Part shown: positions 16,900 to 26,780 of the stretch, one piece after another
Layout: each line of letters starts with the position of its first letter
Position numbering within the stretch: the first letter of the stretch is position 1
NCBI GenBank assembly: GCA_024238995.1
Contig: JANBVL010000002.1
Span: forward strand, 14,414-78,413
Source of the DNA: Patescibacteria group bacterium
GTDB taxonomy: Bacteria; Patescibacteriota; Minisyncoccia; Minisyncoccales; JANBVM01
Reading direction: 5' to 3'
Length of the DNA: 64,000 bases
Notes under the pieces: generated by a model
What the model was told of the DNA's origin: nothing
Database searches by the model: none
What the model saw: only the letters and a program-made list of their open reading frames with translations
Program-made: the position numbers and the translations under genes

Positions 16900-17187
16900 T
16901 TAAAGAATCTTTCTTGTTTTTAAATAATTATCTTTTTTTTCAGGAACTAAATCCATTATTCTTAACCTGTCCTCAAGAGAAGTAGAAATTTCCTTGTCTT
17001 CTCTTGTAACACCCTTGCTTTCATATAAGCTTTTTTTTAAATCCACTTTTGAAATATCAACTTGTTTCAGTTTTTCCATATAATCTAAAATCAAGGAAAG
17101 CTCTCTTCCCATTTTCTGAAGCTCTTTTTTATCTAATTCTAAACGAGCTAATTTAGCAATATGTTTTATCTCATCTTTTGAAATCAT
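16900..17187 (-). CDS. gatC: Asp/Glu-tRNA amidotransferase subunit C
   Basis: IKHIAKLARL and TRED motifs; abuts gatA. Confidence 0.92.
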   Translation of the reverse strand: MISKDEIKHIAKLARLELDKKELQKMGRELSLILDYMEKLKQVDISKVDLKKSLYESKGVTREDKEISTSLEDRLRIMDLVPEKKDNYLKTRKIL

Positions 17188-17198
17188 GGATTTAAAAT

Positions 17199-18251
17199 TT
17201 AGCGTAGAGGTTCAAGCACGCTTGTTTCTACTAAAACTTCTTCTAATTCATTTAAATTTTCCAAAACCATACCAGCACCACGAACTACTGCTGTCATTGG
17301 ATCCTCAATTATCTTTGTAAGAATCTTAGTTTCCTTTTGGATTAAAGTATCAAAACCGTGAAGGAGAGAACCTCCTCCTGCCATATAAATACCATCTGTC
17401 ATTATGTCAGCTAATAACTCTGGAGGAGTTTCTTCAATTGCTGTTTTAATTTCATCAACAATAATATTTACTGACTTTTCCATTGCTCTTTTAATGTCTT
17501 TGTTTGAAACAATAATCTCTTCAGGCAGACCTGTAACAATATTTCTCCCCCTCATAGGCATTTCTTTTTTCTCTTTCGTAGGATAAGCTGTGCCTATTGC
17601 AATTTTAATAGTTTCAGCAGTCCTTTCACCTATTAATAACTTGTATTCTTCCTGAGCAAAACGGATTATATCTTCATTAAGCCTGTCTCCTGCCACTCTT
17701 AAACTTTTTGATAGAACAATGCCACCCAATGAAATAACTGCCACTTCAGTTGTTCCGCCTCCAATATCAACAAGAAAATTACCTCCTGCTTCCTGCACTG
17801 GCAGTCTTGCACCAATAGAACTTGCCATTGCTTCTTCTATTAAAAACACTTCTCTTGCTCCAGCTGATTTTGTAGCATCAATAACAGCTTTTTTTTCAAC
17901 TTCAGTAACCCCAGCAGGAATACCGACAATAACTCTTGGCCTGATGAATTTTTTTTCACGAGATTTTTCAATAAAGTATTGAAGCATCTGCTCTGTAACC
18001 TCAAAATCAGAAACCACTCCTGCTCTCAATGGTCTTGTTGCAACAATATGAGAAGGTGTTCTTCCCACCATTTTCTTAGCTTCAAACCCTATTGCTAAAA
18101 TCTGGCCTGTTTTATTATTAATAGCCACAACAGAAGGTTCTTGAATTACAATTCCTCTGCCATCAACATAAACAACACTATTAGCAGTACCAAGGTCAAT
18201 AGCAATATCTTCTGAAAATTGTTGAAAAAATTTCTTAATTATATGATTCAT
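17199..18251 (-). CDS. mreB: Rod shape-determining protein MreB (paralog 1)
   Basis: IAIDLGTANS, EPSVVA, VDIGGGTTEVAVISLGG; start moved to ATG 18251 to avoid overlapping proS. Confidence 0.95.
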   Translation of the reverse strand: MNHIIKKFFQQFSEDIAIDLGTANSVVYVDGRGIVIQEPSVVAINNKTGQILAIGFEAKKMVGRTPSHIVATRPLRAGVVSDFEVTEQMLQYFIEKSREKKFIRPRVIVGIPAGVTEVEKKAVIDATKSAGAREVFLIEEAMASSIGARLPVQEAGGNFLVDIGGGTTEVAVISLGGIVLSKSLRVAGDRLNEDIIRFAQEEYKLLIGERTAETIKIAIGTAYPTKEKKEMPMRGRNIVTGLPEEIIVSNKDIKRAMEKSVNIIVDEIKTAIEETPPELLADIMTDGIYMAGGGSLLHGFDTLIQKETKILTKIIEDPMTAVVRGAGMVLENLNELEEVLVETSVLEPLR

Positions 18252-18262
18252 ATTTAATAAAC

Positions 18263-19705
18263 TTAATAAGCTTGGGCGAAAATCCACTTTCTTTTAGCAG
18301 GACTCAAGCAATGAACGCATTTGCCCTTTTGTTCTTTAGCATCTATCTCCAAAAGCCTTGTGCTGGCTTTTGTTTCTTTTTTTATCTTTTTTTCACATTT
18401 TTGATTTTCACACCAGAACGCCCTAATAAAACCTTTACTAGATTTCATCGTATCTTTAAATTCTTTGTAATTTAAAGCCTGTCTCGTATTTTCTTTTAAA
18501 TGTTTTGTACTTTTTGTAAACAAATTTCTTTGAATAGAATCTAAAATCTTTTTTATCTCTTTTTCTGCACTGACAAATGCAACTTGATATTTTTGTTGAT
18601 TATCCCTTCTCACTAGAGTTAATTTTTTCTTTTTTATTTCATCTTTGCCAATTTCTATTCTTAATGGCACGCCTTTAAGCTCCCATTCGTTAAATTTCCA
18701 ACCTAGAGAGTATTCCTTTCTTTTATCAACTTCAACTTTTAAATCACTTAACTTTTTTCTAATATCATCTGCTGTTCTGATTAGAACCTCATCTTGTTTT
18801 TTCCCCGTTAGAACAGGAAGAACTATTATTTGAATTGGCGCTAATTTAGGAGGAAGTACTAATCCTAAATCATCGCCATGAGCCATAATTAAAGCACCAA
18901 TGCTTCTTGTGGAAAGACCCCAAGAAGTCTGCCAGGCTGTTTTTTCTTTGCTATCTTTGTCTAAAAATTTAATATTAAATGCTTTCGCAAAATTTTGGCC
19001 CAAGTCATGAGAAGTGCAACCTTGAAGGGCTTTACCATCAGGCATTAACATTTCATAGGCATAGGTTTCCTCTGCTCCTGGAAATTTATCAAATTCTGAT
19101 TTTTTCCCAGATAAACCATCAATAGCAAAAAATTCACGGTAAATCTTATTATACATTTTAAGTGCTCTCATTACTTCCTCAAAAGCTTGTTTGTGAGCTC
19201 TATGAACTGTATGACCTTCTTGCCAAAGAAACTCAGTTGTTCTTAAAAATAATCTTGTTCTTTTTTCCCATCTTACAACATTGCACCATTGATTTATTAA
19301 AATTGGCAGATCTCTCCATGATTTTACCCACTTTGAATACATATCATAGATAATTGTTTCAGAAGTAGGACGAACAATAAGTTTTTCTTTTAATTTTTTT
19401 CCTCCACCAATAGTAACCACTGCCAATTCTGGCGAAAAGCCTTTAACATGTTCTTTTTCTTTTTTTAAAAACTTTTCTGGGATAAAGATGGGAAAATAAG
19501 CATTTTTGATTCCAGCTTTTTTCATTTCTTTATCAAGAGCTTGTTGGATGCCTTCCCAAATAGCAAAACCATAAGGCCTTATTACCTGACAACCCTTTAC
19601 TGGAGAATAATCAGCCATTTTTGATTTCAAAATTACATCAATATACCACTTTGAAAAATCTTCTGACTTTTTAGTTATTTCTCTTTTCTCAAATTTTTGT
19701 TTCAT
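18263..19705 (-). CDS. proS: Proline-tRNA ligase, archaeal/eukaryotic type
   Basis: RPTSETII, FLRTTEFLWQEGHT, SHDLGQNFAKAF, C-terminal Cys cluster ending FAQAY. Confidence 0.95.
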   Translation of the reverse strand: MKQKFEKREITKKSEDFSKWYIDVILKSKMADYSPVKGCQVIRPYGFAIWEGIQQALDKEMKKAGIKNAYFPIFIPEKFLKKEKEHVKGFSPELAVVTIGGGKKLKEKLIVRPTSETIIYDMYSKWVKSWRDLPILINQWCNVVRWEKRTRLFLRTTEFLWQEGHTVHRAHKQAFEEVMRALKMYNKIYREFFAIDGLSGKKSEFDKFPGAEETYAYEMLMPDGKALQGCTSHDLGQNFAKAFNIKFLDKDSKEKTAWQTSWGLSTRSIGALIMAHGDDLGLVLPPKLAPIQIIVLPVLTGKKQDEVLIRTADDIRKKLSDLKVEVDKRKEYSLGWKFNEWELKGVPLRIEIGKDEIKKKKLTLVRRDNQQKYQVAFVSAEKEIKKILDSIQRNLFTKSTKHLKENTRQALNYKEFKDTMKSSKGFIRAFWCENQKCEKKIKKETKASTRLLEIDAKEQKGKCVHCLSPAKRKWIFAQAY

Positions 19706-19710
19706 AAATT

Positions 19711-20790
19711 TTAAAATATCCGCGATATATCATTGATTGTCACAAAAATCATTAAAATTATCAGCAGCATAAAAAACGCTGCTGTAATATTTGCTTCTAT
19801 CTTTTCGGGAACAGGCTTTTTCCTTACTGCTTCAATAGCTAAAAACACCAGCTTCCCACCATCAACGGCTGGGATTGGCATTAGGTTAAAAACAGCTAAG
19901 TAAATTGAAATCATGGCTAAAAAGTTCAAGTAATAATTAATCCCCATTTCCTGGGCTTGGCTTAACATATGAAATACCCCAATAGGTCCCGTCATTTGAA
20001 CCCCTGAAGGCTGACCAGTAAAAACATTTTTAATAGCATTAAAATAGCCATTGACAATCCCTATTGTCAGGTTTGAAGTGGCAACAATGCCTTGCCAGGG
20101 AGCTAAATACCAAGGATACTTAACAATTCCTACTCTAGCCAAAGCTATTCCCATAGCGCCTTCTCCTTGGGGCGGAGACACTCTGGGAGTAAGAGTTGTT
20201 TCAAAGAATTCTTTTCCTCTTTCAATCTTTAATTTAATTTCTTTTCCTGAATACACGGTTGTAAAATCCTGAACTTGTTTTGTTTTTCCTGGAGCCAAAA
20301 CATCAGTTGAAAAAGACAGTTCTTTTATTGTGTCACCAACTTCTAATCCTGCGATATCAGCTGGCGAATCTTTTGCCACCCCAACAATTTGAACCTTAGG
20401 ATTTATTAAATTATTATTTTCACTATCACTAACTGCCACAGGAGCACCTAAATTAAAAACAATACTAAAAATAACTGCTGCAATAATCCAAAAAGCTAAA
20501 ACCCCGCCCAGTATTATTAAAGCTCTTTTTTTAATTGGCTGGTTTGAAAAACTATTTGGCTCACTTGTTTTCTCTATTTCTCCAGGCAATCTTACAAAAG
20601 CGCCGAACGGTATAAGATTTAAAGAGTAAACAGTCTCCCCTATTTTTTTTGCAAATATTCTCGGAGGATATCCTATTCCAAACTCCTCTACTTTAACACC
20701 AAACTTTTTAGCCACTATAAAATGCCCGAATTCATGAAGAACCATTAAACCAATAAGACTAAAAAAAGCAATGATAATAGTTAACAGCAT
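19711..20790 (-). CDS. rseP: RseP-like M50 intramembrane metalloprotease with PDZ domain
   Basis: HEFGH, NLMPIPAVDGG, PDZ-like DSPADIAGLEVGD. Confidence 0.9.
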   Translation of the reverse strand: MLLTIIIAFFSLIGLMVLHEFGHFIVAKKFGVKVEEFGIGYPPRIFAKKIGETVYSLNLIPFGAFVRLPGEIEKTSEPNSFSNQPIKKRALIILGGVLAFWIIAAVIFSIVFNLGAPVAVSDSENNNLINPKVQIVGVAKDSPADIAGLEVGDTIKELSFSTDVLAPGKTKQVQDFTTVYSGKEIKLKIERGKEFFETTLTPRVSPPQGEGAMGIALARVGIVKYPWYLAPWQGIVATSNLTIGIVNGYFNAIKNVFTGQPSGVQMTGPIGVFHMLSQAQEMGINYYLNFLAMISIYLAVFNLMPIPAVDGGKLVFLAIEAVRKKPVPEKIEANITAAFFMLLIILMIFVTINDISRIF

Positions 20791-20791
20791 T

Positions 20792-21367
20792 TTAATTTTC
20801 TATTTCTTTTTTCTTTTTTTCTACTAATTTTTCAACTTTCTCATTATATTCATCTACTAAATCTTGAAGCTCATCTTTTCCTTTGAACTTATCATCTTCA
20901 CTAATTTTACCATCTCTTTCTGATTCTTGAATTTCACCCCAAGCTTCATCTCTCCACCTTCTTATCGTTTTTCTGACAATCTCTTGTTTTTCAGAAACAA
21001 AACGGGTTAAATCTTTTCTAAATTCTTCACTCATCGACGGCAAACGAATCCTGATTATGTCTTTATCAACAACTGGAGCTGCGCCAATACTGCTGTTTTT
21101 TTCCAAAGCACTAACAATGCCCTCTATATATGTTTTATCCCAAGGCTGAATCACAATTTCTCTTGATTGAGGAATACTGATAGTTGCAAGTTGTTTTAAG
21201 GGAAATTTCTGATCAAAACAATCAACTTCAATATTTTCCACTAAAGAAGGACTAGCCCTCTCAGTTCTTATCTTCTGCAGTTCTTTTTCTAAAAAAGCAA
21301 TTGCTTTATCAAGCTCTGGCTTTATATTATCAATAATATCTTTGTATGAAACTTTTTCTTCTGGCAT
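20792..21367 (-). CDS. frr: Ribosome recycling factor
   Basis: IRTERASPSL, IQPWDK, ISEDDKF motifs. Confidence 0.95.
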   Translation of the reverse strand: MPEEKVSYKDIIDNIKPELDKAIAFLEKELQKIRTERASPSLVENIEVDCFDQKFPLKQLATISIPQSREIVIQPWDKTYIEGIVSALEKNSSIGAAPVVDKDIIRIRLPSMSEEFRKDLTRFVSEKQEIVRKTIRRWRDEAWGEIQESERDGKISEDDKFKGKDELQDLVDEYNEKVEKLVEKKKKEIEN

Positions 21368-21370
21368 AAA

Positions 21371-22219
21371 TTAAATCTCCATCATTAACACCTCTAATGC
21401 CAATCTTGGATTAATATTTGTTGTTGATAAAAAAAACATTGTTTTTTCAATAAAATTAAGGGTATTTTTAATTTTTGTCATTGAGAATCTGTCAGAACAA
21501 GACAGTAAGCTTTTTCTGAAATAAGAAAGCCAGACAGACAATGTTTCTTTAAAATCACCGTTCTCTGCAAGTTCTTTTGCATAGTTAAAACGAACAGCTA
21601 TTGGTGATTTAATAATTTTTGTCAGTCTTTTAATTATTTTTTCTCTTTTTTCAAACACTTCTAGATTGTCTAAATATTCAATTGCCATGCCTGGTCTTCC
21701 TAAAGAAATAGAGACTAAATCTTCAGCTCGCTTTTCTTGAATTTTTTTTGTCTTCAAATATTTTTTAATTTCTTGACTTTCAACTTGGTAAAATTTAACT
21801 GTTTGGCATCTTGAAATAATTGTTGGCAAAAGAAATCTTAAATGTTCTGTAATTAAAATTAACAAAGATCTGCTTTTTGGTTCTTCTAAAGTTTTCAAAA
21901 AACAATTCTGAGCCTCTCTTGTCATTAAATGAGCTTGGTCAATAATAACAGCTGAAACTGGGGCTTTAACTGGCTTTAAAGATAATCTCCAACAAACATC
22001 TCTGATTTGTTTAATTTGAATTTGCTTTGTTTCTGGACTAATAAAAGTAAAGTCTGGGTGATTCAGAATATCATCTTTAAAAATTGAAGAAACAAATTCA
22101 AAAGCTATTTTCTTTTTTCCCAATTTTTCACTGCCAGCAAAAAGAAGTGCATGAGGAATCTCTGTACTTTCAATTATTTTCTTTAAAAATTCTTGTTGTT
22201 TTTTATGACCAATAATCAT
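21371..22219 (-). CDS. holB: DNA polymerase III delta-prime subunit
   Basis: PHALLFAG, NHPDF, AQNCFLKTLEEP, LLPTIISRC motifs. Confidence 0.88.
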   Translation of the reverse strand: MIIGHKKQQEFLKKIIESTEIPHALLFAGSEKLGKKKIAFEFVSSIFKDDILNHPDFTFISPETKQIQIKQIRDVCWRLSLKPVKAPVSAVIIDQAHLMTREAQNCFLKTLEEPKSRSLLILITEHLRFLLPTIISRCQTVKFYQVESQEIKKYLKTKKIQEKRAEDLVSISLGRPGMAIEYLDNLEVFEKREKIIKRLTKIIKSPIAVRFNYAKELAENGDFKETLSVWLSYFRKSLLSCSDRFSMTKIKNTLNFIEKTMFFLSTTNINPRLALEVLMMEI

Positions 22220-22226
22220 AAACCAA

Positions 22227-23231
22227 TTATTTTTTAGCCATTATGCTTTTTTTATACATATCTAAATTTGCAAGCATTGAGCTCGTACCTTTTGCCACAC
22301 AAAGCAAAGGCTCTTCAGCAGAAACAGCAGGTACGCCAACTGATTTTTCGATTAACTGAGGAAGATTTCTTAAAAGCGCTCCTCCTCCTGTTAAAATCAT
22401 GCCTTTATTTATTATATCAGCTGAAAGTTCTGGAGGAGTATCACGAAGCACTGTTTTAATCACCTGAACAATCTCTATTAGAATATCAGACATTGCTTCA
22501 TGAACATCATTTGAAGAAATAATAATGTTTTTAGGCAATCCTGCAACTATATCCCTCCCCCTAATTTCCATTGTTTTTTCTTCTTTTTCTTTATCATAAA
22601 GAGCTGTTCCAATTTGCATTTTTATTGCTTCTGCAGTCTGCTCGCCAATAGCTAAATTATATTTTTTCTTTATAAAATCTGAAATAGCCATATCCATTTT
22701 ATTACCAGCAACTCTCACTGATGTAAAATTCACTACACCTCCCAAAGAAATAACAGCTGCCTCACTGGTGCCTCCGCCAATATCAACAACCATATTCCCA
22801 GAACAACTGTTAATAGGAATACCAGCTCCAATTGCTGCTAAAATAGGCTCTTTCGCTAAATAAACCTCTTTTGCTCCTGCATTAAGCCCTGCTTCAATCA
22901 CTGCTCTTTTCTCAGTTGAAGTAATGCCTGCAGGCACCCCAATCATAAGCTCTGGTTTAAAAAACCTAAAACTACCTGTTGCTTTATCAATAAAATATCT
23001 GAGCATTGCTTGAGTAACCCTAAAATCAGCTATGACCCCGTCTTTTAAAGGCCTGTATATCCTAATGTTATCAGGAGTTCTGCCCATCATTTCTTTGGCA
23101 CGCCTGCCAATTGCCATGATTTCATTCTCAGCTAAAGCAACTGCCACAACTGATGGCTCTTGCAAGACTACTCCCTTATTAGGAAGAAAAACAACTGAAT
23201 TACATGTTCCTAAATCAATACCAATTTTCAT
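22227..23231 (-). CDS. mreB: MreB/Mbl family actin homolog (paralog 2)
   Basis: IGIDLGTCN, RPLKDGVIADF, VDIGGGTSE, LTGGGALL motifs. Confidence 0.93.
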   Translation of the reverse strand: MKIGIDLGTCNSVVFLPNKGVVLQEPSVVAVALAENEIMAIGRRAKEMMGRTPDNIRIYRPLKDGVIADFRVTQAMLRYFIDKATGSFRFFKPELMIGVPAGITSTEKRAVIEAGLNAGAKEVYLAKEPILAAIGAGIPINSCSGNMVVDIGGGTSEAAVISLGGVVNFTSVRVAGNKMDMAISDFIKKKYNLAIGEQTAEAIKMQIGTALYDKEKEEKTMEIRGRDIVAGLPKNIIISSNDVHEAMSDILIEIVQVIKTVLRDTPPELSADIINKGMILTGGGALLRNLPQLIEKSVGVPAVSAEEPLLCVAKGTSSMLANLDMYKKSIMAKK

Positions 23232-23323
23232 ATTTAAAAAGCTTAAGTTTCAATTTTAGTATAAGTTAAAGCTATAAATTTTGCAAACTTGCTTTTATAT
23301 CAGAGTAAAATATAATACTAAAA

Positions 23324-24598
23324 ATGGAAAAAAAGACCAGAAAACTTTTATCTTTTGCTTTTTTCTTGATTTTTATGACATTTGCGCCTATTTTAACCCT
23401 TTATGTCCAAGGATATAGGTTTGATTTTGAAAACAAAAAACTGACCCAAACAGGAGGATTTTTCATTAAAACAATCCAACCCAAGCAAGCAGATATTTAT
23501 TTAGATGGAAAGTTTTTCCAAACCACAGATTTTTTCTTTAGCTCTGCTTTAATTGAAAATCTTCTGCCTAAAAAATATAATGTTAAAATTCAGAAAAATG
23601 ATTACCGTACTTGGGAAAAGAATTTAGAAATAAAAGAAAAACAAGTTGTTGAAATAAGAAGCATAGTTCTTATTCCAGAAGACCCTGGCTTTAAACTTTT
23701 AGCAACTAATGTTAATAATATATGGTTTTCAAAAGATAAAAAAAGAGCAATTATAAAAGAAAAAGATAAAGATTTTTGGAGCCTTAAACTTTATAATTTT
23801 GAAAAAAATATAAAAACCCATCTTTTAAAGGAAACTGATATTTACGAAACTGGTGCCGGGTTAGAACAATTAGGATTTAAAGACAACAATACACTTTTAC
23901 TTGAAATTGCTAAAAATGAACAAATAATTTATTTTGAACTTCAAATTGACAAGATCCCTTCTGTCTTAAGGCAAGTAAAGTCGCCCCAGCCAATAATAGA
24001 AGATGTTTTAGTTTATCAAGAAAACGATAATCAGATTTATTATATTGATGATTCAGGGCATCTTTATAAAACCAATAAATCACTGTCATCAAAAGAACAG
24101 CTCACAGAAAAGCCTTTTGAAGTAAAAAAAGAAACCCTATATAAATTATATGTTTTCGATGAATTCATTTTCTTACAACAAAACCAAGCTATTTATCTTT
24201 TAAATCAAGAAAATAAAGAATTTGAGAAATTCTCTGAAAATATAATATCATTAAAAGTTTCACCCAATCTTACAAAAATGGTCTATTCTTCTGATTCAGA
24301 GATCAGGATTTTCTTTTTAAAAGCTCAAACCATTCAGCCAAGATTTAATAAGGCAGAAGACATGTTTTTAATGAGATTATCAGAATCAATAAAAAATGTT
24401 TTTTGGCTTAATTCAGATTATTTAATTATTGATATTGGCAATTCTTTAAAAATTACTGAAATTGACAATCGCGATAAAATCAATATCTACGAGATAGCAA
24501 CAGTTCAAAACCCAGAACTATTTTTAGATCATCAAACAGATAAACTCTATCTTTTAGATAGAGGAAATCTATTTGTTTCTGAGAAATTTACTTTATAA
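23324..24598 (+). CDS. Membrane-anchored PEGA-domain protein with probable beta-propeller region
   Basis: N-terminal TM, GYRFD...TGG, PEGA-like ADIYLDGK...YNVKIQKNDYRTWEK, then beta-rich repeats. Confidence 0.65.
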   Translation: MEKKTRKLLSFAFFLIFMTFAPILTLYVQGYRFDFENKKLTQTGGFFIKTIQPKQADIYLDGKFFQTTDFFFSSALIENLLPKKYNVKIQKNDYRTWEKNLEIKEKQVVEIRSIVLIPEDPGFKLLATNVNNIWFSKDKKRAIIKEKDKDFWSLKLYNFEKNIKTHLLKETDIYETGAGLEQLGFKDNNTLLLEIAKNEQIIYFELQIDKIPSVLRQVKSPQPIIEDVLVYQENDNQIYYIDDSGHLYKTNKSLSSKEQLTEKPFEVKKETLYKLYVFDEFIFLQQNQAIYLLNQENKEFEKFSENIISLKVSPNLTKMVYSSDSEIRIFFLKAQTIQPRFNKAEDMFLMRLSESIKNVFWLNSDYLIIDIGNSLKITEIDNRDKINIYEIATVQNPELFLDHQTDKLYLLDRGNLFVSEKFTL

Positions 24599-24615
24599 TT
24601 TCATATTTTCTAAAC

Positions 24616-24644
24616 AAAAAGCTCAAGATTACCTTGAGCTTTTT
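24616..24644. terminator. Bidirectional terminator between convergent genes
   Basis: AAAAAGCTCAAG-ATTAC-CTTGAGCTTTTT. Confidence 0.8.
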
Positions 24645-24665
24645 TATAAGTCTAACAAACCAATG

Positions 24666-25217
24666 CTATCTCTTCTTCCACTGTGGTGCTCTTCTAGCAC
24701 GTTTTAAACCAGGCTTTTTCCTTTCTCTCATGCGTGAGTCTCTTTTCAAAAAGCCGGCTTTTTTAAGCCTTTTTCTAAAGTCAGGATTAAAAAGAATTAA
24801 AGCGCGGGCTGCTCCATGACGAACTGCCTCTGCTTGAGCGCTTAATCCCCCACCTCTGACAATTACTGAAACTTTAAACTTTTCAAGACACTTCATTGTT
24901 TCAAGAGAAGATGCTGCTGTTTTTTGAAGTTCTAAAGTAGAAAAATATTCTTCTAAAGTTTTGTTATTGACTGAGAATTCTTTTCCTCCTTTTGTGAAAA
25001 TTCTTACTCTTGCTACTGCTGTTTTTCTTCTGCCGATTCCTTCGTAATACCTGATGTCTTCCTTCTCTTCTTTCTTTTCCTTCTTTTCTTTTTTTTCTTT
25101 TTTAACAGCAGTTTTTTTAGTTTCTTTTTTTTCTTTTTTCAATTTCTTAACAGTCTTTTTAACAGTCTTTTTAACAGTCTTTTTCTTTTTTTTAGTTTTT
25201 GCTTTTGTTTTTGCCAT
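24666..25217 (-). CDS. rpsI: 30S ribosomal protein S9 with Lys-rich N-terminal extension
   Basis: GRRKTAVARV, GGGLSAQAEAVRHG, ERKKPGLKRARRAPQWKKR. Confidence 0.97.
   Translation of the reverse strand: MAKTKAKTKKKKKTVKKTVKKTVKKLKKEKKETKKTAVKKEKKEKKEKKEEKEDIRYYEGIGRRKTAVARVRIFTKGGKEFSVNNKTLEEYFSTLELQKTAASSLETMKCLEKFKVSVIVRGGGLSAQAEAVRHGAARALILFNPDFRKRLKKAGFLKRDSRMRERKKPGLKRARRAPQWKKR
25147..25182. repeat. Three perfect 12-bp tandem repeats encoding KTVK units within rpsI
   Basis: TTAACAGTCTTT x3. Confidence 0.85.
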
Positions 25218-25225
25218 AATATTAA

Positions 25226-25582
25226 TTAATCAGTTTTTTCAAACCTTAATCTTTTCAACTGCTCTGACCTTAATTTGTTTTTAGGAAGCATTCCTGATAC
25301 AGCTTTCCTTAAAACCTCATCAGGTTTTTCTTTAAAAAGTCTTTTTAAGGGAATAGTTTTTAATCCACCCATATACCCTGAATGTCTGTAATATTTTTTT
25401 TGTTCCATCTTCCTGCCAGTAATTTTCATTTTTGAAACATTCTTTATAACTACAATATCGCCTATGTCTTTATAAGGGAAAAAATCGGGCTTATGTTTTC
25501 CACGCAAAAGCAGAGCAATCCTAGTTGCTAATCTGCCTAATACTTTGTTCTTAGCATCAATTGTATGTATTTTTCTTTCCAT
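25226..25582 (-). CDS. rplM: 50S ribosomal protein L13 (short)
   Basis: LGRLAT, LRGKHKP, YYRHSGYMGGLK, GMLPKN. Confidence 0.96.
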   Translation of the reverse strand: MERKIHTIDAKNKVLGRLATRIALLLRGKHKPDFFPYKDIGDIVVIKNVSKMKITGRKMEQKKYYRHSGYMGGLKTIPLKRLFKEKPDEVLRKAVSGMLPKNKLRSEQLKRLRFEKTD

Positions 25583-25589
25583 AAAATAA

Positions 25590-25940
25590 CTACTTAACCA
25601 ATTCTATTATCGCCATTTTAGCTCCGTCTGATTTTCTTGGACCCAGTTTAATAATTCTAGTATAGCCTCCTTTTCTTTTTTCATATCTTGGCGCAATTTC
25701 TTCAGTTATTTTTTTAACTAATGTTTTTGAAAAATATCTAGCCAAAAGCCTTCTTGAACTTAAGGTAGACTTCTTTCCTTTGGTAATCTGTTTTTGAGCA
25801 AAAACTGAAACCTCTTTAGCTTTTGCTAAAGTTGTTTTAATCTTTTCTCTTAAAAAAAGCTCTCTAGCTAAAGACTTTAAAAGAGCTTTTCTTTGGTTGC
25901 TTTTCCTTTTAAGTTTTCTTCCTTTTTTTCTTTTTTTCAT
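25590..25940 (-). CDS. rplQ: 50S ribosomal protein L17
   Basis: IKTTLAKAKE, GGYTRIIKLGPRKSDGAKMAIIEL; start set at ATG 25940 (MKKRKKGRKL). Confidence 0.95.
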   Translation of the reverse strand: MKKRKKGRKLKRKSNQRKALLKSLARELFLREKIKTTLAKAKEVSVFAQKQITKGKKSTLSSRRLLARYFSKTLVKKITEEIAPRYEKRKGGYTRIIKLGPRKSDGAKMAIIELVK

Positions 25941-26700
25941 CTTTTTCTTTTGTTGCTTTTTTAGCTTTAACTGCTTTTCCTTTGTCCGGCTCTTTAGCTT
26001 TTTCAATAACTGTTTCTTTATCAAAAGTATTTGAAAACAAATCAAAGTGTTTTAGTAAAACTTCTGAAGCCTGAGAAAATGCCTGTTCTGGAGAAATTGA
26101 TCCGTCTGTTTCTATTTCTAAAAATAACCTGTCAAAATCTGTTCTTTTACCAACTCTCATATTCTCTGTTCTAAAAGCAACTTGCCTTATTGGCGTAAAG
26201 ACTGCATCTAAAGAGACTGTTCCAATTTCTTGCTTTTCTTTTTTCCTTAATTCTCTTGGAATATATCCTATCCCTTTTTCTACTTGAATTTCCATTTCCA
26301 AATTTGCTTTACTATCAGTTAAAGTTGCAATATGACAATCTTTATTAACTAATTCCAACTGACTTGGAAGTTTAAAATCTGAACCTTTTACTTCTTTTTT
26401 ACCTTTTACTTTTAAATTTCCTTTCTGGGGTTCATCTGATAAAATCTTGAATCTCATTTGTTTTAAATTAAGCATGATATTTACAACATCTTCTAAAATG
26501 CCGTCAATTGTTGAAAATTCATGAGAAACATTTTTAAATTTTACTTGTGTTATTACAGCTCCTTCTAAAGATGACAAAAGCACTCTTCTTAAAGAGTTAC
26601 CAATTGTCACGCCATAGCCAGGATAAAGAGCTTCTATTTCAAAAACAGCTTTATTTTTTTGTTTTTTAATGATTTTTGGTTTTGTTGGAAGTGAAATCAT
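25909..26700 (-). CDS. rpoA: RNA polymerase alpha subunit lacking the C-terminal domain
   Basis: GYGVTIGNSLRRVLLSS, HEFSTIDG, EIETDGSISP; ends at 263 aa in a Lys-rich tail. Confidence 0.96.
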   Translation of the reverse strand: MISLPTKPKIIKKQKNKAVFEIEALYPGYGVTIGNSLRRVLLSSLEGAVITQVKFKNVSHEFSTIDGILEDVVNIMLNLKQMRFKILSDEPQKGNLKVKGKKEVKGSDFKLPSQLELVNKDCHIATLTDSKANLEMEIQVEKGIGYIPRELRKKEKQEIGTVSLDAVFTPIRQVAFRTENMRVGKRTDFDRLFLEIETDGSISPEQAFSQASEVLLKHFDLFSNTFDKETVIEKAKEPDKGKAVKAKKATKEKDEKKKKRKKT

Positions 26701-26780
26701 ATTTTTAGAGTCTAGTTTTTAAGAATCTGAGGTATTAATTTTTTCTAAAACCTCAAGTTCTCAAATTCTAAACCCAAAGG

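Noticed and set aside
25941-26045. Extended N-terminus of L17 in the ORF track
   Set aside because: Lies inside rpoA in another frame; L17 homology begins at ATG 25940.
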